A stretch of DNA of 64,000 bases from Octopus vulgaris (lineage: Eukaryota). A model generated the notes under the pieces. It searched no databases. It saw only the letters and a program-made list of their open reading frames with translations, and was not told the DNA's origin. Within the stretch, counting starts at the first letter, position 1; the number at the start of each line of letters is the position of its first letter. Below are positions 25,061 to 38,208 of this stretch, piece after piece. The stretch lies in NCBI GenBank assembly GCA_951406725.2, contig OX597816.1, positions 52,762,001 through 52,826,000 on the forward strand, read 5' to 3'. The position numbers were made by a program, and so were the translations under genes.

Positions 25061-25494
25061 GGTGCAGGCATGGCTGTGTGGTAAGAAGCTTGCTTCCCAA
25101 GCACATCGTTCTGGTTTCAGTCCCACTGCATGGTACCTTGAGTAAGTGTCTTCTACTATAGCCTCAGCAGGCCAACCAAAGCCTGGTGAGTGGATTTGGT
25201 CAATGGAAAATGAGAGAAACCTATCATATACATGAGTGTATATGTGTGTGTGCATGTGTGTATGAGTGTGTGTGTGCACATGCATGCATCAGTGTTTGTC
25301 ACCCACCACTGTTTGATAATTGGTTTTGGTGTGTCTATGTCACTATAACCTAGTGGTTTGACAAAAGAGATCAAGACAAATACTAGGTCTAAAAAATAAA
25401 AGTACTGGAGTCAATTCCTTTGACTAAAATTCTTCAAAGTGGTACCCCAGCATGGCCACAGTCTGATCACTAAAACAAGTGAAAGAATAAGAAT
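25061..25494 (+). mobile_element. SINE family A, older subfamily
   Basis: Diverged match to the family A consensus. Confidence 0.85.
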
Positions 25495-25523
25495 ACTACT
25501 AAATGAAATACTTGGTTTCAGAT

Positions 25524-25756
25524 AAGGCGGTGAGCTGGCAGAAACGTTAGCACGCCGGGCAAAATGCGTGGCCGTATTTCATCAGCCGTTACGTTCTGAG
25601 TTCAAATTCCGCCGAGGTCAACTTTGCTTTTCATCCCTTCAGGGTCGATAAATTAAGTACCAGTTACGCACTGGGGTCGATGTAATCAACTTAATCTGCT
25701 TGTCTGTCCTTGTTTGTCCCCTCTGTGTTTAGCCCCTTGTGGGTAGTAAAGAAATA
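25524..25756 (+). mobile_element. SINE family C, full length with 19-bp TSD
   Basis: TSD GAAATACTTGGTTTCAGAT at 25505-25523 and 25757-25775; B box GAGTTCAAATTCC; tail GCCCCTTGTGGGTAGTAAAGAAATA. Confidence 0.93.
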
Positions 25757-26214
25757 GAAATACTTGGTTTCAGATCAGATTCTTTGTGTAACTTACAGTA
25801 AGAATTTACAAAGATTCCAAACATACATTTAGTATCATGTATGTCACGATTTAGCTTCACTAGTTGTACATTTGTGTCTTTATCCAATAACACAATGAAG
25901 AACAAACAAAGGAACTCTCACACAGTGTTTTACGATTCCAAAAAGTTCTACTACAAGAAGTTGTCATTTTGCTTCCACTTTTAAGAAAATTTATGAGTCA
26001 AATGTTCAAAATTTCTGATATACCAACAGCTTCCAAAAAATGTAAATTTTCATGGCCAACATTGTCAAAGGCATTTTGTAAAATATAGCTATCTGTGGTA
26101 AACCCTTTTTATAACTGAGGAGATGGCAAAGGACCAAAATATCTGATGCCTTGCTGCACTCAATAAAACCCATCCTCCATGGCAGAATTGTTAATGCCAC
26201 TCTCTCTGCAAGAG

Positions 26215-26678
26215 CCCTGTACAAGTGCCTGTAAAAAAGCACCTGTGCTGGCACCATGTAAACAGCTTCTTTGCTGGTACCACGTAATAGCACCTGTGCT
26301 GGTGCCACATTAAAGTACCCATGAAGGTATCATCTAAAAAAAGCACCCAGCACACTCTGTAAAGTGGTTGGCTTTAAGAATCAAGCCAAATCAGACTGGA
26401 ACCTGGGGCAACTCTCCTGCTCTGGTCAAACTCTCCAATGCATGCCAGCATGAAAAATGGACATTAAATGATGATGATCTGACTGGCCCCATGCTGGTGG
26501 CATGTAAAAAGCACCCACTACAGTCTCAGAGTGGTTGGCATTAGGAAGGGCTTCCAGCTGTAGAAACTCTGCCAGATCAAGATTGGAGCCTGGTGCAGCC
26601 ATCTGGTTCGCCAGCCCTCAATCAAAATCGTCCAACCCATGCTAGCATGGAAAGCAGATGTTAAACGATGATGATGAT
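26215..26678 (+). mobile_element. Two consecutive RTE 3' UTR fragments
   Basis: Two GCATG(G)AAA...TTAAA-GATGATGAT ends at about 26478 and 26678. Confidence 0.8.
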
Positions 26679-27195
26679 CATCATCATCATGTTTAATGCT
26701 TACTAAATAATATTAGTTGTTTTTTGGGTTTTTTTTTAGTCAATGAAATTAAGTACCAGTAAAGTATTGGGGATCAACTTAATTGACTATATCCTTCTCT
26801 TTAGATAGCTTCTTCTATATACTATATACAGTATCAAACACCCACTGGAGAAATTTGCTTTGCTGAACATTACTGGAAAAGTAAGGAGGAGCTGGTCAGT
26901 AATACCTTTTCTTGGACACATCGACAGAGCCTAAATCATACTGATCACTTTGCAAGGACATATAACAGTTAGTTGAGAAATGACATTGGACATCATCAAT
27001 AAAGTACTGTTATATATATCAAGGAAGACAGAGATAAGTGGCGGTTCACGGTTGTGTGAATGTCAGCAAGCTAGCACCGCCCACCAATGACATTTATGAT
27101 AACAATGACGACAACAACAACGATGACAACAACGACGACAATGATGAGAGTACCTCCACTTAAATTTATGGTTATGTACTACTATTGCTGAAGTA

Positions 27196-27615
27196 GGCAT
27201 AGGAGTGGCTGTGTGGTAAATAGCTTGCTTATGAACCACATGGTTCCAGTTTCAGTACCACTGTGTGGCACCTTGGGCAAGTGTCTTCTACTATAGCCTC
27301 AGGCTGACCAAAGCCTTGTGAGTGGATTTGGTAGATGGAAACTGAAAGAAGCCCATCGTGTGTATATGCATATATATATACATGTATGTATGTGTATATG
27401 TTTGTGTGGCTGTGTTTGTCCCCTCAACATCGCTTGACAACCGATGGTGGTGTGTTTGCTCCCACCCCCACCTCTTGGTAACTTAGCGGTTCGGCAAAAG
27501 AGACTGATAGAATAAGTACTAGGCTTACAAAGAATAAGTCCTGGGGTCGAATTGCTCGACTAAAGGCGGTGCTCTAGCATGGCCACAGTCAGATGACTGA
27601 AACAAGTAAAAGAGT
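27196..27615 (+). mobile_element. SINE family A, full length
   Basis: Matches consensus; short flanking AAGTAG repeat. Confidence 0.92.
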
Positions 27616-29051
27616 AAGTAGTTCTTTTTTTTTTTGTCGTTTCATTCATCCTGTATGTAAACTTTACTGTAAATTGTCATAGATTCCTACCACTAGATTT
27701 TGTATTCTCTTCTTCATTGTATTCCTGTAATAGATGTATATATGTTTATTCTACAACTGGTATACTTGATTGCTGTAATCATTGGTTATTTTGAGATATT
27801 CCAGTGTCTTAGAGCATCTAACATTCGGATAGTTATGAGTTGTTTTAGAACATTTAAAGCTGAACTTTTATGACAACAGAAAGGGAGCTGCTGAGAGATG
27901 GAAGTCATGTGGTTCTGAAATAGACTTTGCCTCGAGATTATTTATTGAATCAGCTGCCTCACATTCTATATATAACAGAAACAACATTGCAAATTATACA
28001 TGACATAAACTTTGAAAGCTGTACATATATCCCCTAAACAAAATATAAGATGTTTTTCCTGAATCCAGTGGAGTTTAAAAGAAATATTACTATTTAAAAA
28101 ACCATAGTAGTTCAGGAATAGTTGCATGGTTGAGAAGTTTGCTTTAGAATCGTTTGATTTAGGATTTGAGTGTTCCCATTCATAGCACTAATAAATATTA
28201 GCGACAGAGGCTGTATTATTACCTAGAGATAGTATTTACTTTCACTATAGGTAGAAGGGCTCCGAAAGGGGTCTCAGGGAGTAGCATCCTTGCCTTCCTG
28301 AGCTAGTTTTCCACCACATTTCTTAAAAATCGTGGTAGAGGCTTTGGCCTCGAGACCACTCACATCTAGAAACTGAGTTTGGGGGTAAGCAAGGGCATGC
28401 TCCCCGTAGTCAATCCAGCTCCACAAAAAAGCCTCATGATAGCAAAGAAGAATGGGCACCAGCCAACCCAAAGGTTGGGGTGGCCTACACCTGCCCACTT
28501 TGGTTGCTATGGCATTGAGGTAGATCTGGCCACCCCTTTAACAGGGACAAAACCTGAATTTAAAACACTGGAAGCACACACACACATTTAAATGTGGATG
28601 TTCTATTAGAACTAACTTTACAGCAGTAGATAACATGAGAGAAACTCCCATATAGGCTTTTGTTGAAGAATGCATGCTTGTTTGTTTATTCTGCACCAAA
28701 AGCCTATAGGACTGGTTCCCTCATGGTATCTACTGCAGTAACATTTATGCTCACAGAATATTCATGTTTGTGGGAATAAATAATACCACTCAGTATTAAT
28801 ATTACCTCAGTTGCTAATATATATTTTTTAATTAGTTAACTAGAAACTAGTTAATCACAACCCCAGTGTCTGTTCAGGCATGGATTTTCTGCATATCGCT
28901 AGCAGAGAAATGGGCCACTGCTATTTCTAGCAGTTGAGCATCCATCACCAATGAGATCAAGGAAGATCAAAATCACATGATCTGATGGTCTTGGTGCTGG
29001 AGTTGATGCAGATTTATCTCCCTACTGGTGATATAAACAAACAAGCATATA

Positions 29052-29280
29052 GAGGTGGTGAGCTGACAGAAACGTTAACGAGCAAAATGCTTAGCTGTAT
29101 TTCATCTGCCATTACGTTCTGAGTTCAAATTTCACCAAGGTCAACTTTGCCTTTCATCCTTTTGGGGTTGATAAATTAAGTACCAGTTATGCACTGGGGT
29201 CGATGTAATCGACTTAGTCCCTTTGTCTGTCCTTGTTTGTCCTCTCTATGTTTAGCCCCTTGTGGGCAATAAAGAAATAA
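29052..29280 (+). mobile_element. SINE family C
   Basis: Matches 25524-25756; flanked by ATAAACAAACAAG duplication. Confidence 0.9.
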
Positions 29281-29688
29281 TAAACAAACAAGTGTGTATT
29301 CTGCACCTAAAGCCAATATGAGAGTCTCTCTCATGGTATCAACTGCAGTATAGCTTGTTCTAACAGAGCATCCACAGTTAAGTGGGAACAAATACATAGC
29401 ACTGTCAGCTGAGGTTTCTATGATGGCTGCAATCTAATCAATACCTTGTGAGTAAACTGGTAAATGAAAATTATAAGAACCACACTGTATATGCATGTAT
29501 TTCTGCATGTGTGTATATGTATGTGTGTATGAAAGAGAGTGAGAAAAGGGAGAGAGCGTGTGATTGTCTTCCCTTTCCTTTGACATTTGTATACTGATCA
29601 AAACTTGTTACTGTTCATACAAATAGCATTGTTATTTGCAATTAATTTTGTCTGTGAAAACATGTTCAGCCATTGAGCTGTTCATTGC

Positions 29689-29901
29689 TTAACCCTTTTG
29701 TTACTGTATTAATTTTGAGATGCTCTGTGTTTGTTTCAATTACTTTAACTATAACAAGGAATTTAGTAAAATAACTCTTATCTTTCAGCCAGTGTTAGGA
29801 ACATAAATTGGTGGAAGATTTTAATTCAAAGTTTATGAAAACAAGACATTTGTACTCAGAGCCAGAGCTGGTTTCAGCCAGGTTGGTAACAAAAGGGTTA
29901 A
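29689..29901 (-). mobile_element. piggyBac-type MITE
   Basis: TTAACCCTTTTGTTAC...GTAACAAAAGGGTTAA perfect termini. Confidence 0.85.
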
Positions 29902-30974
29902 AGAATTGTGAAAAAACAGTTGCTGGTTTTTGATGGGGGGACTACCTAACTGCAATGTATCTTAGCAAGCTTTATCTGACTCTTGCAAACATTGGACAAA
30001 GTGGGTGTTAAACAACAATGATGGTTTATAATGATAGAAGTGATATTAGTAGTAATGGTGGTGTGATGATGATGATGGTATACAACACAACAACGATGAT
30101 GATGACAATGACAACTGATGATACTGATAATGATTTAGTCCAAATGGCTTTCTTGTGCCCAATCAATTCTCAATCAGAATATAGGGAAGATGAAATGCTA
30201 AGATTTGGAAATCAGGTTTTTTCTGTATCATTCATCTCAACTTGTGAGATATATAAACACTACAAAGAATTAATAAAGAAATCTATATCAATTCCAGTGT
30301 CTTAAATCCTATGTGGCAGTAAAGGAACTGTAAAGAGATCATTTTGAAATCGACCAACAGAAGACTTCAAACCAGAATTTATAGAATGGATGCGCTGCCT
30401 GGAGCATGGACATCTGAAACTGTCACCAATTACTGACATTAAACAGTTTATAAATAATGGAAGAAAGGAGCAACCAGGATTAGGTCTGTTGTAGTGAGGA
30501 AGGTGAGAAGAAGCAATAAATAAACTCACTCAAAATAAAGAGCAAGGGTTAGAAACATTATGTTCTCCCCTCCTCATGGCATATTTACTTATAGAACTCT
30601 TCTACAAGCACATCTATGAACAAATTGTTGCTGACTCAGGCCATCATTATTTTACCTAAATTCTGGACTTAACCCAGTTAATAATAAACATAGTCTTCAT
30701 ATCAGAACAGTGAGGGTGGTGAGGAGCAGGACTAATTTCCAAGGAAAATGGTTTATATTGAAATTCAGAATAGCTTTCAGTACAAGGAAGGATTTTTTCT
30801 TTTTTTCTTTTCTTTTCTTTTTTTTTTGAAAGAGTTCTTGGTTCAATTCCAGTAAAGTTATTCCTAAAAGGGTTCCTAATCAGCAACAGCTAATATCAGT
30901 AGAAGGAGGAAAGGAGTAAGAGTGATAGAAACAGCAAGACAACTACAAACCAACAGTCACCTACTTTGTTTTGT

Positions 30975-31065
30975 GACTTCTATCATCTATTCATTGAATT
31001 GTCAGTGTGACATCACATATATTGGTTCTGTTAAGAAAAATCCTCTCCAGGTATTAAAACATGAC
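30975..31065 (+). pseudogene. Possible decayed GIY-YIG endonuclease fragment (Penelope-like element)
   Basis: SIIYSLNCQCDITYIGSVKKNPLQVLKH resembles the PLE pattern VIYxxxCxCxxxYIGxTxRxLxxRxxEH; the catalytic Arg is absent. Confidence 0.3.
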
Positions 31066-31991
31066 TTCAAACAGAGCTTCCATGCCAACCAAGTGCATTC
31101 TTTTTCAAAAGAGATTTACCGAAAGTAAGCAACTGATACTATGATGAATGTCTAGATCCCAGCAGTTGTATTTCTTAAAGAAACAGGAAACAAACTTAAA
31201 GAACAGAGAATACTGGATTCATGAAGATAAATGTTCATCTCAGTAGGTAAACTAGAATAAAAGACATTGTATCTAGATTCCGCCAATTAGCAAATAAAAA
31301 CATTCTATCTAATGACAAAAATTCCATATAAACATCAATAGGAATTAAATACTGAATGTGTTTATAGTGTAACAAATCTTTTATTAGTTATATGTTCTTG
31401 TATTGCTTGTTTTATACTTTAGCTTGCAATGGAGGAAGAAGAAATCCTTATGGTCTGTGGATGCCCTCTAAAACCAATGGGATTGCAACTGTTAATGTCT
31501 AGTGTGCTGTTGCAAAGATTTGGACCAGGTATCCAGTCTAAGGATAACTTCCTCTCTTCCTCTTACCAGCCCTAGATGTCCTGGAAAAGGACATGAGTGC
31601 CATTTTTCTTCTGCTGGCTAAACCATTAAAAAAATCATTACACTTTAATCATCAATGCTTTTTAATATCTGGCCCAGAGTCATATTGCCTGTTCTCTGTC
31701 TTTGCAAAGGTTATTACAATGGCCCCTGTTCCTCAGAACTAGATAACTGCATATCACTTCTATCCAAGTTCACTTGTTATACCACATCATGCCCTGGTAC
31801 TTCTGGCTCCATATTAGCCACTTAATTGGTCCTATTATTCAGAATCATCCACTGGAATTCCTTTCCTGACCATCCTTTTTCCCACAGATTTTTTTATGCG
31901 GAACATCAGCAACATCAATCTCACAAATCTTAGAAGATTCATGAAGGTCACATGTGCACTATCTTTCTCCCAACTTTTTCTTCTTCTGCCT

Positions 31992-32365
31992 TTAACCCTC
32001 CAACGCTGAGTATAGGCCACTTATAATTGAATTCCATGTCGCATAATTTTTCGCTTCTGTACTTATACTCTGCCATGAATGCCTCCCTTTCTCTAGTTCC
32101 TTTTGTGTTGATCTCCGCCACAAGTTCTTAGGCCTATCTTTCTTTCTATATCCATCCGGATTCCAATGTAAAGCACTTTTCGCTACATTTGGTATGTCTT
32201 TTCTAATTGTGCTACCAATCCACTTCCACTTATTCTTAAATATTTGCTCCCTAATCAAAACTTGATTTGTTCTTTGCCATAGATCCATATTGCTTATGTG
32301 TTCAGGCCATCTAATTTTAAGTATACTATGCAAGCATCTGTTGATGAATGATTGTATTCTCCCAA
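31992..32365 (-). mobile_element. RTE-clade LINE C-terminal ORF fragment (second lineage)
   Basis: IQSFINRCLHSILKIRWPEHISNMDLWQRTNQ...KWKWIG...ALHWNPDGYRKKDRPKNLWRR is typical RTE post-RT sequence. Confidence 0.88.
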
Positions 32366-32412
32366 CTGACCGACCCAAAATAAACAAACAAATAAGTACA
32401 TAAATAAATAAG

Positions 32413-32443
<31 letters not shown>

Positions 32444-32605
32444 ATAGAAAAGTGATTTCAAAAAGTCTATTTCATTTTGTTTTCATTATTCCTGAAGTCA
32501 AGCTTTTAAAGTCTCTGCTACGCTAAAGAAAGAGAAAAATCTTTCAAAGTTAAGTAGGTACATTTACAGGTTGTGGCATGTTATATAAAAGCATAATTAC
32601 TTATT

Positions 32606-32922
32606 AAAAAAAAAAAAACGTCACCCTTTTCAAGCCTAGCCAGGATCCTGGGCCTGGTTTCCTGGTTTCTGTGGCGTATGTGTTCCCACCAGCTGGATGG
32701 GATGCCAGTCCATTGCAACGTTACTCAAGAAACAGGAAGAGTGAAAGAAGGTTGCGGTGAAAGAGTACAACAAAGGTCGCCACCACCCCCTGCCGGAGCC
32801 TCATGGAGCTTTTAGGTGTATTCGCTCAATAAACACACACATAACACCCGATCTGGGAATCGAAACCACGATCCTCCGATCGCGAGTCCATTGCCCAAAC
32901 CACTGGACCATTGTACCTCCAC
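32606..32922 (-). mobile_element. SINE family D
   Basis: Matches family D; TSD CATAATTACTTA at 32592-32603 and 32922-32933. Confidence 0.9.
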
Positions 32923-33076
32923 ATAATTACTTACTAGTGAAATTTAAATGACTGAATAAAACTTCATACCTATATTTGGAGTATATGCTCCTTAATTTCA
33001 TTTTGTAGGGATTGTATATAATCTTTGCATAAAATTTGTTACTTTTAAATGAATAGAAAAAAGCCATAGGTGTATA

Positions 33077-33455
33077 TCTTTATATATAAAAGTGAGGTTG
33101 TGTGCTGTCTGTCTCCTATGATTTTGATTCCTAACTACTCCCACATTTTGCGGTGCAGTTTAACCAAAACCGGGTATCTTATAGTCGTGATTCATATCGA
33201 GCCCTTTTGGGTATTAGCGTGCGTCTACGATGAGTCTACGATTTAAAAAAAAATTTACCATCAATTTTTTCCATTTTTAATGCAATTTTGGCATATATAA
33301 AAATTTATTATTAAATCTCAGAACGTAAAAAGCTACAGTAACACCCCACCTTTGTGGTTAGCCATATTGAGATGGCTATTATACTTTACATCTCTAAAAA
33401 TGCTTATATAGTTATTTCCCTGACAAACCCGAGCAATGTCGGGCGATACTGCTAG
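33077..33455 (+). mobile_element. Non-autonomous Helitron
   Basis: Starts A|TCTTTATATATAAAAG; ends with hairpin CCCGAGCAATGTCGGG then GATACTGCTAG|T. Confidence 0.85.
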
Positions 33456-34148
33456 TCTCATATATATCCTATATGTATATATCATTTTGGACATCAACCC
33501 TCCTGAAACAAACTCTTTTAATAACAAAACTTCTCATTTGAAGGGATTCAAATTTAGATTAAAACTTCCATTTTAATTTTATCTAATAAGCCTTAATAAT
33601 GAAAATACCAGCTACTTTACTCAATATTCCAAATTCTTGATTATTTTCAAAATTAATTAAAACACGTAGGCAGTGTATTTCATTAGGAATATGGTCACCG
33701 AAGGATTAAGTAGACACCTTTAATTAGATATTATTCAATACTGTATAATGAGAAAAATCTAGACTTAACTTTCAGACAAACATAAAGTTAATTATGTCAT
33801 GATGAGGAAAAACTAATTATATCAATGTAAAACATGAGATATTCGCAGGATATTATCATCAATGGATAATTAGCTTTTACATTGTTAAACAGATGAATAT
33901 AAAGTTGCTTCATTGGACAGTTACCAGGTACAAATAGCAAGTAATTAAGAGATGCTGAACTAAAATTCCAGCATGTGAATGCTTGTGTAAAAACCTATGG
34001 AAGCTTCGGTGCCAGTAACTACTGCTTTGTAGAATTCCTTGCGATCTATTGTCAACAACAATGACACAATCTTTGAACAAATCTGACAAGTTTGGTGCAT
34101 CTCAAATCTAAAAGATTTCACCATATATTTCAGCTATATATATATATA

Positions 34149-34399
34149 CTAGTGGCTAAGCCTGTTTTTACCTGGTCGGTTTGGATGATGTGGCTGTAAA
34201 ATCTGCTCTGTGTAAGCATTCGACTTGTTTGGGAATGCTTACATTAAAAAACAATTTTAGAATGACTTTTTTCGGTCAAAATGCTAAAAATAACTGACCA
34301 ACAAAAAAAAAACCAACCAAGACTAAACCAAATCAAAAAATAAACCCAAATACTAAGTGTACAAAGATGAACCATCCCACTTCCATTGCACGTGCACAG

Positions 34400-34432
<33 letters not shown>

Positions 34433-34633
34433 CATACACACACACATTCACATACCCCCCTTTTATATACATACACATATATTCACACAGAGTTGAAATG
34501 CTGTTTGATTTATTTTTTCAGCGTACAATTTTCATCATCCCATTACCAAGTATGACATCACCCCTTTTCTTCCTTATTCATCTATCACCCCTTCCTTTCT
34601 CATTCATAAACACAAGAGTATTATTATAGTAGA
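34149..34633 (-). mobile_element. Non-autonomous Helitron with internal (TG)n
   Basis: Minus strand starts A|TCTACTATAATAATAC and ends CACTAG|T; subterminal hairpin is degraded. Confidence 0.6.
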
Positions 34634-35487
34634 TTATCTCTGAAATGAGTAAAAGAGATATATTATTCTTTTACATATCTTATGAAACTAGTGGGATTGC
34701 AAGCAGGAAACTTTTTCAGACAACAGAATGCACTTTGATAAAGACACTAAATAACCAGAAAGATGTTAAATTTGAGAATAAGAATAGTTTCTCTGCTGGT
34801 CTTCCTCACAATTTGTTTTTAGAAAATTTCATGCCTAAGTCTTTGATCAGTTACTTAGATTAGAAATAGGAACAACATGGGTTTCTAACAATTTAAATAG
34901 CTTCTTCATGTTAAAAGGCTATTAATCTCCTAATGATTTTAATTTACTTCCAAAGTATTTTGCTAGGAAACTGAATGACAATCAATTATAAAATTGAAGC
35001 TAATAAATACATTTTCTTTTATTAAATAGATATCAGCTTAAACAATTATAGACAACTAGCGGAGTCAAAGGAATTTCCTTGCCACATGTAGCTTGTTCAG
35101 AAAGACACATAAAAAAAAAAACAAACAAACACATGTGAAGTGCCTAAAGAGCTGTAGAACTTAATAGCTAGTAACAGAAAATGTATCAATTAAATGTGTG
35201 ATACATAGTGATGTATATTGATTCAGTAGTTAGAAAAACACTCTTTAAAATGACTAATTGGACAGCAAACAGAAAAATACAATAGTAAATCAATTATAAG
35301 TCACATTCTATTTCCAAATTTATCTAACGAGCTTGTTATAAGAAGCTGGTTCTAAGTCATCATTTCATATAAAATCTGATATTTCACTTGTGTTTCAGGT
35401 TTCACAATAATCTCTTTGGTATGGTTTCTCTTTTTCTAAATAAAATATGACAAAAGAATGAATAATTTTTTTAATGCTAATTTCTGA

Positions 35488-35888
35488 TACTCTCTTTACT
35501 CTTTTACTCTTTTACTTGTTTCAGTCATTTGACTGTGGCCATACTGGGGTACCACCTTTAGTCGAGCAAATCAACCCCAGGACTTATTTTTTGTAAGCCT
35601 AGTACTTATTCTATCGGTCTCTTTTGTCAAGCGATGTTGGGGGGACAAACACAGACACACAAACACGTACACACACATACATATATACATATATATGACA
35701 GGCTTCTTTCAGTTTCCATATATACGACGGTCTTCTTTCAGCTTCCATCTACCAAATTTACTCACAAGGCTTTGGTCGGCCCAAATCTATAGTAGAAGAC
35801 ACTTGCCCAAGGTGCCATGCAGTGGGACTGAACCCGGAACCATGTGGTTCATAAGCAAGCTACTTACCACTCAGCCACTCCTACGCCT
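35488..35888 (-). mobile_element. SINE family A with internal deletion and short duplication
   Basis: CTTCTTTCAG..TCCAT duplicated; the GCCGAACC...GGTT block is missing. Confidence 0.88.
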
Positions 35889-36269
35889 ATGTGAGTAAAT
35901 TAAATGTTTTTTAGCAGTTTGGCAAATAAGTACAGGGGTCAATTAATTTGAGTAAAAATTCTTCAAGACCCCAGCAAGGCCACAGTCTAATGACTAAAAC
36001 AAGTAAAAGATAATAACATGATATGAGGCACATTTCAAATTTAGTCAGTCACAGTTTGAACTTCTATAAGGTTATTGCACTTCTCTATTAGTTTCATGAA
36101 TGAGTGTTTAATCGTTCGGTAAACTGAATTTCTATACATGAAATTTATGTGTACGTGGTTGAGTGTTCCACAGACACATGTAATTTTCAGACGGAATCAG
36201 TGAGATATAATGTGTGAATGTGAGAGAGAGATGCAGACAGAGAAAGAGAGAGAAAGTGTGAGTGAAGGA

Positions 36270-36420
36270 AGAGTACTGGACTAGTAGTTTCATTGACTCC
36301 AAAGAGTACTGGACTCCAAAGAGTACTGGACTCCAAAGAGTACTGGACTCCAAAGGGTACTGGACTCTAGAGAGTACTGGACTCCAAGCTCATTGACTCC
36401 AAAAGAATGACTCCAAAAGT
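36270..36420. repeat. 17-bp minisatellite (GAGTACTGGACTCCAAA)n
   Basis: About five near-perfect units plus partial units, running into a minus-strand C/C2 SINE head (GGATTTGAACTCAGA). Confidence 0.9.
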
Positions 36421-36842
36421 GACTTTGGGAGGATTTGAACTCAGAGTGCAGAGAGCCTGAACAAGTATGATAAGACATTCAAGCTGACGTTCTTACAACT
36501 GCCAAACCACCACCTTACTACAAAAGTATACTTTAAACGAATGAATACAGCTATTGACACAAAAGTACATGAGCATCAGGATCTCTTTTCATAATTTTAA
36601 CAATAGGTACAAGGCCATAGTTTCTGGAGAGGGTATAAGTGTTTCCACTAACGAAAGTTATAATCCAAATAAATATTTCTACTTTATGAGATACCAATTA
36701 TATCCACTCAACATTTCACATAACATATTATTCATTGTGATTGATTTTTCTATGTTAATTATTTTTTGGTGGAGTTTGGAACATGCACAACTTGTAACTT
36801 TTTCATAATCTTACAGTTTTAAAGAAAAAAATGGACATCAGA

Positions 36843-37255
36843 TACTCTTTACTCTTTTACTTGTTTCAGTCATTTGACTGTGGCCATGTTGGAGCACTGC
36901 CTTTAGTCAAGCAAATCGGCCCCAAGACTTATTCTTTGTAAGCCTAGTACTTATTCATTCTATCGGTCTCTTTTGCCAAACCGCTAAGTTACGGGGATGT
37001 AAACACACCATCATCGGTTGTCAAGCAATGTTGGGGGGACAAACACAGACACAGAAAAATATACACACACACACATACATATATGTATATATATACATAT
37101 ATACAACAGGCTTCTTTCAGTTTCCGTCTACCAAATCCACTCACAAAGCTTTGGTCAGCCTGAGGATATAGTAGAAGACACTTGCCCAAGGTGTCATGTA
37201 GTGGAACTGAACTCGGAACCATGTGGTTTGTAAGCAAGCTACTTACCACACAGTC
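36843..37255 (-). mobile_element. SINE family A
   Basis: Matches consensus; extreme 5' end missing. Confidence 0.9.
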
Positions 37256-38172
37256 GTTTCGAATTTCAGTTTCAGGATCTGAAAATTTTTTCAAGCAAGT
37301 ATGAAGCCAAATAATTTTTTCTACTATAGGCAGAAAGCCTGAAACTTTTTGGTGGGGATTGTCAATTACATCGACTCTAGTCCTCAACTAATACTTATTT
37401 TATCGACTCCAAAAGGATGAAAGGCAAAGCTGACCTCAGGGAAATTTGAACTCAGAATGTAATGATGGATGAAATGCTGTTAAGCATTTTGTCTGTCCTA
37501 CTAACATTTCTGCCTGCTTGTTGCCTTTATGAAATCAAATATGAATATTGTATAGCTTCTCTATGCAATACATCAACTTCCTACGACCACTGTATGTTAC
37601 TTGTTGGTCCTTATTTTTAATACATCTCTTTATACATGCCCCAAAAGCTTCAATATTATGGTGCATACACCAGGGATAAGGTCCACAATGCGATAGATTG
37701 CTCAAATTATTTCATATTGGCCAATCATTGGTACAGAAGGATGATCCAAGTGTAATGTTATCAATAATCGCAGCTGTCAAGATTCCTGCAGTGTGGTTAT
37801 GTTGTTAAACTACACTGTGAATATGATTTTTGTGCTTAAACATTAAACTTTCATCAATTCAAATTTCAGGCCAGGACCACTGAGATGCACTCTGTCTCAA
37901 CATTTCTGTGGAAGAAATTCCATGACAGCATTCATGCCTCTCAGATGTTTTTTTTCAGAACCAGTCTATTCAGTCAAATAGAAAGTGTCACAGAGACTTT
38001 ACGTATAAAGTCAAAGACTATTTGAAATGCAACACTGTCAATTTCGATTTTTTTCTTCTAGAAATGTGTAACACACAAAAGCTGCTTTCATACATTTTCA
38101 CTATCTCAAGTAAAAAAAAAAATTACCATTAAGATATCTGAAATTGTTGCACTGACAAGCTACAATGCTATG

Positions 38173-38208
<36 letters not shown>

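Noticed and set aside
28250-28575. GC-richer block with short ORFs on both strands
   Set aside because: No splice signals or protein motif; probably an unclassified retroelement UTR fragment that cannot be assigned from this window.
30530-30558. Candidate first exon MFLTLALYF-GA|gtgagt (minus strand, phase 2, compatible with the WW exon)
   Set aside because: Too short to distinguish from chance; no homology or transcript support.
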